Shown: positions 7,983 to 16,500 of the stretch, piece after piece
Numbering within the stretch: position 1 is the stretch's first letter
How the letters are laid out: each line of letters starts with the position of its first letter
DNA from: an uncultured Thermoplasmata archaeon
Lineage (GTDB): Archaea; Thermoplasmatota; Thermoplasmata; Halarchaeoplasmatales; Halarchaeoplasmataceae
Assembly (NCBI GenBank): GCA_964399335.1
Contig: CAYNQI010000018.1
Span: 1 to 20,074, forward strand
Direction: 5' to 3'
Length of the DNA: 20,074 nucleotides
Notes under the pieces: generated by a model
The model's database searches: none
Told to the model about the DNA's origin: nothing
The model's input: only the letters and a program-made list of their open reading frames with translations
Made by a program: the position numbers and the translations under genes

Positions 7983-8519
7983 ATGATGAAGGAAGTGATC
8001 TCGAAAGCTATGAGCTCGGGATTGGATTTCACTAGGAGAGGAGCTCTTAAATCCTTTTTAAATAAAATGGATATCGATGAAGATCTTTACGATAAAGTGT
8101 ATATCGCTATCAAAAATAGATCATTCTATAAAGAATTCGAGGAGGCTCCTAAAAAAAGTATAATCATTTTCCTCCCACAGTGCCTTAGAAACTCTGAAAA
8201 ATGTGAAGCTGAACTGACTGATGAAGGATACCAATGTGACCACTGTGGTGAATGTTCCATTTCTACCATAATTAAAACCTCTGAGGGCCTTGGTTATGGA
8301 GGAGTTTACATAGTTCCAGGAGGGAGTCTAGTCAGAAATATAATGAAAAACAAGAAGCCGAGGGCAGTCTTAGGAGTTGCCTGTAACTACGAACTTGTAG
8401 AAGGAATAGAGCACGCTACTATTCATGATATTCCGACACAAAGTATACCTTTGATCAAAGATGGTTGTAAAGATACAGAAGTAGATGAGAAAGAGGTTTT
8501 GGAACTTCTTGATAAATGA
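7983..8519 (+). CDS. DUF116 family Cys-rich protein
   Basis: FLPQCLR..C.A.....G..C..CG.C, IVPGGS, LGVAC..EL and GCKDT. ATG7983 lies about 25 nt after TTTAAA. Confidence 0.75.
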   Translation: MMKEVISKAMSSGLDFTRRGALKSFLNKMDIDEDLYDKVYIAIKNRSFYKEFEEAPKKSIIIFLPQCLRNSEKCEAELTDEGYQCDHCGECSISTIIKTSEGLGYGGVYIVPGGSLVRNIMKNKKPRAVLGVACNYELVEGIEHATIHDIPTQSIPLIKDGCKDTEVDEKEVLELLDK

Positions 8520-8532
8520 ATCTATTCTCTTA

Positions 8533-9852
8533 TTATCTTTCCATATTCTTTTTATTTTGGCTTTTAGGTTTGAAATAATAAAAAGAAGCAAATCCAACTA
8601 CTATTATTATTCCGATTATCATCATTATGCGTATATCCGTTATCTCAAAAGGCCTAGTAGTAGATTGGAAAGCGTATAATGTTCCATCATAGGATGTGAT
8701 GTAAACAGACCCGTCTTCCCCTATAGCTGGTGATGAAAGGATCATCGAATCCGTTGTATAATTCCATCTCTGCGTTCCGTTGGGATTAATAGAATAAATT
8801 ATATTATCTGATGAACCGATATATATGGCACCATCTTGACCTACAGCAGGTGATGAAAAGATCCAACTATCTGTAGTAAAGTTCCATTTCTCAGTCCCAT
8901 CTGGATTAACAGCATGTAGATTGTTATCATTTGCACCTACATAGATCGTTCCATCAGAATCTATAGCAGGAGAGGAGAAAACTGCACCAGCTATACCATA
9001 TGCCCATACTTCTTCTCCAGTTTCTTTATCTAAAGCAAAAAGATGACCGTCACCTCCTCCAATATATACATTTCCATTTTCTCCTATTGCTGGTGAAGAT
9101 GAAATGCCTAAACCTCGTTCATACCTCCACTTCTCTGTGCCATCCGGATTTAAAGCATGTACCCATCCGTCTCTTAAGAAACCTTGTTCATCAAGCCTTG
9201 TTGATGCGACATATATCGTTCCATCACTAGCTATTGCCGGTGAAGACTGGAACATCCGCATCTCATGTTCCCCTTTGAAGGATATATTCCATTCCTGTCC
9301 CCCCTCAGAGTTTAGTCGATATAAAACACCTTCATTATTGCCAAAATAAATATCTCCATCAGGGCCGATAACCGGTGAGGAATCTATCCTACTTTCAGTT
9401 TCAAATCTCCAGTTTAAATTACCAGCTGAATTTAATGAATAAAGATAAGTATCAGCAGATCCTATATAGATGGTACCATCTTCTGATATGGATGGGGTAG
9501 ACTCTACGGCTCCGTCGAAAGTATACTCCCAATTTTTATGACCGTGTTCATTTATCGAAAATAGTGTGTCTCCTGATGGTTGGAGTATATCTCCAGTTCG
9601 AGTTATGACTGGAGAACCAATTACATTATTTTCTAGAGTTTTATTCCACGTTTCATCCAGTTCAATATCCTCAGACCCATCATCAACACTTCCTGTACGT
9701 TGAGGGTTTTGTCTAAAACAGGGCCAGGGACTATTATTAGAGTTATCTCTCGACTCCGCTAAAGGAACGTTAGCTAATATGGATAAAGAAGATATAATCA
9801 ATAATATGATGACGAATATTGTACAACTCCTCAATAAACTATTCTTTTTCAT
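8533..9852 (-). CDS. Membrane-anchored PQQ-type (BamB-like) beta-propeller surface protein
   Basis: N-terminal hydrophobic signal; about 8 repeats of roughly 40 aa (W.(Y/F).T...I.SSPAIG.DG.IY.G..D..L(Y/H)A.N.DG); N-glycosylation sequons NKT, NIS, NFT, NGT, NYT; C-terminal TM helix with a basic tail; RBS GGTGGA. Confidence 0.85.
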   Translation of the reverse strand: MKKNSLLRSCTIFVIILLIISSLSILANVPLAESRDNSNNSPWPCFRQNPQRTGSVDDGSEDIELDETWNKTLENNVIGSPVITRTGDILQPSGDTLFSINEHGHKNWEYTFDGAVESTPSISEDGTIYIGSADTYLYSLNSAGNLNWRFETESRIDSSPVIGPDGDIYFGNNEGVLYRLNSEGGQEWNISFKGEHEMRMFQSSPAIASDGTIYVASTRLDEQGFLRDGWVHALNPDGTEKWRYERGLGISSSPAIGENGNVYIGGGDGHLFALDKETGEEVWAYGIAGAVFSSPAIDSDGTIYVGANDNNLHAVNPDGTEKWNFTTDSWIFSSPAVGQDGAIYIGSSDNIIYSINPNGTQRWNYTTDSMILSSPAIGEDGSVYITSYDGTLYAFQSTTRPFEITDIRIMMIIGIIIVVGFASFYYFKPKSQNKKNMER

Positions 9853-9970
9853 TGTGTTTATCCACCTTTGTGGCTCGATTATTTACGCTTAACCTATTTC
9901 TATTTTTCCCAATGAATCGAGGGAAAATTATATTTAGTGCATGTCATGCTTATAATACAGGGTAAAAAAT
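9853..9970. promoter_or_regulatory. Divergent promoter between two surface-protein genes, with inverted repeats
   Basis: TTTTCCC-N10-GGGAAAA (9904-9927) adjacent to TTATATTTA (9928-9936); GCATG-T-CATGC (9938-9948); minus-strand GGTTAAG and GGTGGA RBS. Confidence 0.45.
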
Positions 9971-11242
9971 ATGAAGATTTGGCAAAAGATAATCTCAGGA
10001 ATGATTATACTTGTATTGTTTGGAGCAGTATTGGTACCGATGAACGTCGAAGCTCAAGCTGAAGCACCAGAATGGAAAGAAGGAGACTCTTGGACCATGG
10101 GGTTTGAAGTAGATATAGAGGAGATCTTCGCACCGGGATTTGAAGAGATAAGAGATGAATTTGACGACGATTTCGAAGAAGATGATATGATAAAAGACTT
10201 TGATTTCGACTTCTATGGTACTGCAGAAGCGAGTACACATACTGAAGTAATCGAAGTCGGTGAAGAACATTATGTATTGGAGATAGACTCTGAAACAGAA
10301 TTTAACATGGGTGGTAGTGTTGAAATAACAGTTCAATTTCCGAAAGAGGGTGAAGATGTCGATGGTGATGAACCTCCAGAATTAGAAAATAGAACTATAA
10401 GTGGAAGTGTAGACGCTGAATTCGTACAAACCATTATGGGAGAAGCGACCTTAGAGAAGTCAACCCTTGCCCTCGAAAGTTTAGAACTTGATATAGGTTG
10501 GTCTCTAGATGTAGATGTAGAGATAAACGGTTTCCCAGATATGGAAAAAATGGAAGAAGAGGGAATAGTGTCTTACACTGATTACGAAGGTGGAATCGAG
10601 CTTTCATTTGATCTATCTCTTGAGTATGCCTTCGAACCTGCCCTAGATTTCTTCAATTTCCCAATAGAAGAAAACAGTGAGTGGGAGTCAACCTCAAATA
10701 TGACAGGTTCTGGCACCTATGAAGGTATTTTCGATATCCATGGTTTGCCTGAATTCATGATGGATGAGATCGAACAAGATTTAGGTATGGAATTTCCTAT
10801 AATATTCGAGGATCATGAATTCGAGGATTCAGAAGATATAGCATACGGAGAGATCAAAGAGGTCACAGAAGAGGTAGATGTTGAAATGAAATGTGTTGGA
10901 ACAGACGAGATCATACTTCAAAATGGTGAAACTACCGATGTCTATCTACTTGAATTCAATGTAGATATAGAGGATGACGAAGAAGAACCTAGTTTCGTGA
11001 TGAAATATTCACCCGAATACAAAAATTTAGTTTCGATGGAGATGTCGTTCGAGAACACTCCACTCGCTGAATACATGACAGATGAAACAATGAGCATGGA
11101 ACTAATTGATAGTTCATTCCACGAAGAGGATGATGACGATGATAACGGGATACCATTTATTTCAACTGGCATGGTTTTGGTATCTGTGATAATAGCAACA
11201 ACAATATCCATGTTCTTGAAGGAAAACAAGAAAGAACAATAG
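9971..11242 (+). CDS. Extremely acidic exported protein with signal peptide and C-terminal sorting-signal-like anchor (GIPF-TM-basic tail)
   Basis: Signal peptide ending VEA-QA; about 28% D+E by my count; acidic linker EEDDDDDN, then GIPF, a 20-aa hydrophobic helix and KENKKEQ. Confidence 0.75.
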   Translation: MKIWQKIISGMIILVLFGAVLVPMNVEAQAEAPEWKEGDSWTMGFEVDIEEIFAPGFEEIRDEFDDDFEEDDMIKDFDFDFYGTAEASTHTEVIEVGEEHYVLEIDSETEFNMGGSVEITVQFPKEGEDVDGDEPPELENRTISGSVDAEFVQTIMGEATLEKSTLALESLELDIGWSLDVDVEINGFPDMEKMEEEGIVSYTDYEGGIELSFDLSLEYAFEPALDFFNFPIEENSEWESTSNMTGSGTYEGIFDIHGLPEFMMDEIEQDLGMEFPIIFEDHEFEDSEDIAYGEIKEVTEEVDVEMKCVGTDEIILQNGETTDVYLLEFNVDIEDDEEEPSFVMKYSPEYKNLVSMEMSFENTPLAEYMTDETMSMELIDSSFHEEDDDDDNGIPFISTGMVLVSVIIATTISMFLKENKKEQ

Positions 11243-11271
11243 ATATACCAAATATACCGGAAACATCAAAA

Positions 11272-11288
11272 TCTCTTTCTTCTTTTTT
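11272..11288 (+). terminator. Pyrimidine/oligo-T terminator candidate
   Basis: TCTCTTTCTTCTTTTTT about 30 nt after TAG11242. Confidence 0.45.
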
Positions 11289-11344
11289 AATTTACCAAAA
11301 AAAGACTTATAGCATTAGTTTTAATATCTGGAAAAGGAGTTAAA

Positions 11345-12259
11345 ATGAAACCTTCACTTGAAGTAAAAAATATCTATAAACGTTTGGATGGATTTATTTT
11401 ATCCAATATAAGCTTTGATTTGAAGGAAGGCGAGATAATCCTCGTGGGAGGAAAAAACGGAGCTGGAAAGACAAAATTGTTAGAAACTATTTCATGTATA
11501 TCCCCACCCTCAAAGGGGTACATCTCCTATTTTGGTGAAACCGTGTTCAAAGATAAAATACTCAAAAATAGATTGATAAAAACTAACCATAGATTAGGAG
11601 TGCAGATACAAGATGAAAGATTATTCGGTAGTTTGACTGTCGAAGAGATCTTTGAAACATTATCATCATTATATGGTGTTAAAGATTACGAGCGTTACTA
11701 CTCTGATTGCCCACATATTAAAGGAGAATTACAGAAAAGAGTGAATACATTATCTGATGGAAAAAAACAATTAATCAAATTTCTTCTTAGCATAGGTCAT
11801 GATCCAGATATTATTTTGTTAGATGAACCGACATCTTATCTTGACGGAGATGTAAGAAATTGGGTTTTCAATAAAGTGAAGTCTTTAAGTTCTGAAGGTA
11901 AATCTTTTATCATAAGTTTAAATCAGTTTTGGGATATAGGTGATATAGCCGATAGGTTGATCATTTTAAAAGATGGTCAAATAGAAAACATAATACACGA
12001 CTTCAAAGATTTTTATAACGGTTCAGCTATCAGTATCCAGACGATTTTTAAAGATGGTTCAGAATCGGTGTTAAAAGATATAGCATCTTCAGATTCCCAT
12101 GTGATCTCAAGGTCAGAAAAAAAATCTATCAGAATAATCACCAAATATGATATTAAAACTATAAAAGATGAATTCGATATCGAAGATAAATATATAATTA
12201 GATTCAGTAGACCTTACTTAGAAGATTTTTATCGATTAAGAGGGGGTTATAAATATTGA
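11345..12259 (+). CDS. ABC transporter ATP-binding subunit (ABC-2/drug-exporter type), non-canonical motifs
   Basis: Walker A GKNGAGKT, Q-loop VQIQ, signature LSDGKKQ, Walker B ILLDEP; AGGAG RBS. Confidence 0.85.
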   Translation: MKPSLEVKNIYKRLDGFILSNISFDLKEGEIILVGGKNGAGKTKLLETISCISPPSKGYISYFGETVFKDKILKNRLIKTNHRLGVQIQDERLFGSLTVEEIFETLSSLYGVKDYERYYSDCPHIKGELQKRVNTLSDGKKQLIKFLLSIGHDPDIILLDEPTSYLDGDVRNWVFNKVKSLSSEGKSFIISLNQFWDIGDIADRLIILKDGQIENIIHDFKDFYNGSAISIQTIFKDGSESVLKDIASSDSHVISRSEKKSIRIITKYDIKTIKDEFDIEDKYIIRFSRPYLEDFYRLRGGYKY

Positions 12260-13371
12260 AGAGAAATCCCTTTAATGCTTTTTTAAAATCACAAGCGAAA
12301 AGGAGGATACGGAATAAGCGATATATGGTATGGATTATTATAATGCCATTGCTATTCATGGGTTGTTTGAATTTAATATGGAGTGAAGACTCAATCCAGC
12401 CAAATATCGCCGTTCTCGATAGAGATGAGTCAACTCATTCTGTTATTGCCATGGGATACCTGAAGTCACAGGATAACGTAAATATTATAGAGGTCTCGTC
12501 ATTGGACGAAGGTGTAGATAGATTAAGAGATGGTGATGTAGAAGTCTTTTTAGTTATACCAAGAGATTTTGGAGAAAAATGGGAAAACATTTCGGATAAC
12601 GGTGATTACGAGTCTATAATATTGGATGTTTACCATTCAGCAGAAGGACAAGAAGAGGAACTTTTAAATACGCTCTTGAAAGGAATTACCAGTGAAATAA
12701 ATACTTTTATAGAGGGTGAAAGGAAAAAGCCAGTACATATCAATTCTAGAAGGTTAGATCTAGATAGGGGATCTGCTTCAAACATGCTTTTGCCAGCAGG
12801 TATTTCCATTGTAATAGTTCATGTCGGTATATATGCATCCAGTAGTAACTCTTCTAGATTTAAAGAACTAAATCTAAGTAAAAGATTAAAATCTAGCTCA
12901 AAAGACCCCATCTTTTCAAATCTTGGAATGGTCTCTGTGGATTCTTTATTTACCTCGTTAGCAGGAACCATAGCCCTAGCTTTTGGATCGATACTTTTCG
13001 AAATCAATATTTCCGCTACTACGTTCATGTATTCAATCATACTTTTCTTAATTTCTAGTTTTACTTTTAATCTCATCGGCCATATCATAGGTAAAAATTC
13101 AGATATTCAAACTTCCTCTCAGAGTATATCGTCCATGGTGGTATTTCCTATATTGTTTTTTACCCAAGCTTACCTTTTCTCGTGGTTGTTTCCAAATTAT
13201 ATAATCCAAGTAACTCAATTTCTTCCTACATTTCCCTTAGTTCAAGGGATGAAAGATTTATATTTTTCATCGCCAACCTTGACAGGGTATTTTTTATTAA
13301 TCTTTATAAATTCAATATGGGTGATCGGTCTTTTAACTATTATTTATTTTCAAGAAAATAGAAGGAATTGA
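12256..13371 (+). CDS. ABC-2 type exporter permease with large extracellular loop
   Basis: N-terminal TM, extracellular loop (IAVLDRDES...), then about 5 TM segments ending in FLPTFPLVQG. TTG start overlaps the ATPase TGA by 4 nt, with AGGGGG upstream. Confidence 0.8.
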   Translation: MKRNPFNAFLKSQAKRRIRNKRYMVWIIIMPLLFMGCLNLIWSEDSIQPNIAVLDRDESTHSVIAMGYLKSQDNVNIIEVSSLDEGVDRLRDGDVEVFLVIPRDFGEKWENISDNGDYESIILDVYHSAEGQEEELLNTLLKGITSEINTFIEGERKKPVHINSRRLDLDRGSASNMLLPAGISIVIVHVGIYASSSNSSRFKELNLSKRLKSSSKDPIFSNLGMVSVDSLFTSLAGTIALAFGSILFEINISATTFMYSIILFLISSFTFNLIGHIIGKNSDIQTSSQSISSMVVFPILFFTQAYLFSWLFPNYIIQVTQFLPTFPLVQGMKDLYFSSPTLTGYFLLIFINSIWVIGLLTIIYFQENRRN

Positions 13372-13540
13372 TACATACTAAATGTAAAATACATAAATTC
13401 TAAATAGATAGATATAATACTATCCTCAATACGAAGTTTATTGGAAAGATCTTAAAAATCAAATAGAAGACTAGATAGAAAGATAAAAAATAGTGTCAAA
13501 AAACAAAGGTTGGAAGAAATTATCACTTAAATCGATATGA

Positions 13541-13599
13541 CCAAACCTTTATAATATGCGGATTCGATAAAATGTATAATCAATATTGGAGGACCTCAC
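13541..13599 (+). promoter_or_regulatory. BRE/TATA promoter and SD of the TPR gene
   Basis: CCAAACCTTTATAAT at 13541-13555; GGAGG 7 nt before ATG13600. Confidence 0.55.
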
Positions 13600-16500
13600 A
13601 TGGGTTTCTTAGATTCGATAAATAATTTGTTAAATAAAGAAAAAAGAGCTCTTAACAAAGCTCATAAACAAATGGATAAAGTAGAAGATATGAAAAACTC
13701 AGGTAATGTCAAGAGTGCAAGAGAATTATGTGATAAAACCTGGGATTATCTTCAAAAAAAGAGAAGTAATTTTGAACAAAGATATGATAAATTATCTCAA
13801 GCATATGATAGATTAGCATGGCTCTATAACTCATTGGGTTTCGAAGATACAGCTTTAAAAATAGAAGAGGAAGCCTTAGGTTTAGATAATAGAAATATCA
13901 GTGCACTCAATCATAAAGCGCTGATCCTTTCTAATAAAGATCAAAACAAAGAGGCTCTACATATTTTGGAAGATGCACTTGAAATAAATCCAAATGATAA
14001 ACATACCCTTAAAAACAAAGGAGATATACTTAAAAAAACAGGGAGAGAGGAAGAAGCAGTACGTTCTTTTGAAAAAGCATTGGAAACGGACCCCAACGAT
14101 ATCACGTTCTATGATAAAATATTGGAGATAAAACCACGTGATGCTAAAACGTGGGCTAATAAAGGGATTGCTCACAAAAATATTAACGAATACACACAGG
14201 CGATCGAATGCTTTAACAAATCGCTTGAAATAAAGCCTCATCAAGAAAGTGTATGGCTACAAAAGGGATTGACGTTACGTGAAATGGGCAATCTTAATGA
14301 TGCTGTGGTTTGTTTTGACAATGGCATCGAAACAGACCCTGATCATAAGAAACTTTGGACTGAAAAAGGAAATACACTGTATCAACTAGAAAGATACCAA
14401 GAGTCATTAGAAGCCTATTCAAAGGCTCTAGAAATAGACTCCGAAGATAAGGATCTTTGGAATAAAAAAGGTACAATACTATATGAACTTGAAAGGTACC
14501 GTGAAGCTGTTTCATCATTTGATAAAGGCCTAGCTATAAGTAAAGATGATATTAGAATTCTTAACAATAAAAAAGAGGCATTGAAACCCTTAAAAAGATA
14601 CGATGAGTTAATAAGAGTTTCTGATAGGATACTAGATAAAAATCCCTCAGATGCAAGTACCTTATACGATAAAGGGGTAGCTCTTCAAAAGCTCGGTAAA
14701 GAAGAAGAGGCTATAAAACAATTCGAAGAAGCTCTTTCTTTTAATCCTAGAGACATCTATGCTTTAGAACATGAAAAGGAGATCTACAAAAATTTAGAAA
14801 AATGGGACGATGTGATTAGGGTCACTGAAAGGATCACTGAGATCGATTCTGAAAATTGGGATGCTTGGTATGACAAAGGACAAGCATTTCTCAAACTAAA
14901 GAATCCATCTAAAGCGTTAGAAAGCTTCAATAGGTCATTGATGATAAAAGATAATGATCAAAAAAGTCTCAAAGGTAAAAAAGAAGCATTAAAACAATTA
15001 AATAGATATGAAGAGGTAATTTCAGTTTGTGGACGTTTAATCACGATAGATCCAGATGATGCTCAATCATATTTTGATAGAGGTAAAAGTTACGAAAGAT
15101 TAAAGAATTTTGAAAAAGCCATAGAGGACTACAAAAAAGGTTTATCTATAGACGTATCTAGACCTGAAATATGGAATAATAAAGGCCTTTGTGAATATCG
15201 ACAGGGTTTTTATGAAGATGCATTAGAAAGTTTCGATAAAGCTATAGGAATCGATTCAGATAACAAAAAATATTGGAATAACAAAGGCCATACCCAGACG
15301 AAGTTAGAAGATTACGAAGGCGCTATTAAATCGTATGAAAAAGCGTTAAAGATAAAACCGGAAGACCATAAAATATGGTACAGCAAAGGTTTAGCACAAG
15401 AAGGTATAAACAGATATGAAGAAGCTATCGTTTCCTATGATAAAGCCCTTGAAATTAACGATGAAAATCCCAATGTATGGTTTAGTAAAGGTATCGCTTT
15501 AGAGTGGCTAGACAGATATGAAGAAGCAATTGAAGCCTATAACAACTCTATAAAGTTAGATCCAAGAAATAGATTTGCTTATAAACGTAAAGGTATAGCT
15601 TTAGCTGAGATTGGTAGACATGATGATGCCGTTAAAGCCTTCAATAGGGCATTAGATATAAAATCTGAAGATCTAAAACTTTTAGAAAAGAAAAAAGAAT
15701 CTTTGAAAGAGTTGGGTAGATGGAACGATGTTGAAAAAACTGCTTCAGAGATTATAGATTATAACATAGAAAATGTACAGGCATGGAGAGATAAAGGTAA
15801 GGCTCTGAAGAAATTAGGTGAGGCTGAAAGGGCTCTTGAGTCTTATGAAAAAGCAATAGAATTAGACGAAAATATTAGAGACCTACACGAAGCAAAAGAG
15901 TTGGTAAAGGACCTTAAGAGATGGGGAAAAGTCATAGAGTACTGTGAACACATAATAGATTTAGATGAAAAGAATTTTAAAGCTTGGCAAGACAAAGCTA
16001 TGTCTTTGAAATATCTAAAGAGAAGAGAGGAAAGCATAAAAGCATTCGAAAAGGCACTTGAATTAGAGCCCGAGAATAGAGAAATGTGGCTACAAAAGGG
16101 TATGGTATTAGAACACTTGAAACAATATGAAAATGCATTAAGGTCCTATAACAAAGCTCTTGAAATTGAAGAGGATGTACATTTAATCCACAGAAAAGCT
16201 GAAAGTCTTAGAAAAATGGAAAGATTCTCAGAAGCCGCAGAATGGTACCAGAAAGCAATCGATATTGAACCTGAAAATACAAGGTATATCGATATGAAAG
16301 GACGCTGCCTGATCGAAACTGGTGATTACGATGAAGCAAGGGAGTTGTTTGAGAAGTCACTAGAGATAGATGATCAAAACGCTGAAACTTGGAAAGACAA
16401 AGGTCTACTCGTTAAGGAATTAGAGAATTATGAGGAGGCTCTATCATCTTTCGATACGGCTATAAAACTAGGTGAAACTGGTATAGAGGTTTGGATGAAT

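Noticed and set aside
13372-13540. Purine-rich intergenic stretch with a protein-like frame (YYPQYEVYWKDLKNQIED) as a pseudogene remnant
   Set aside because: Only 18 codons between stops, no start codon and no recognisable homology.
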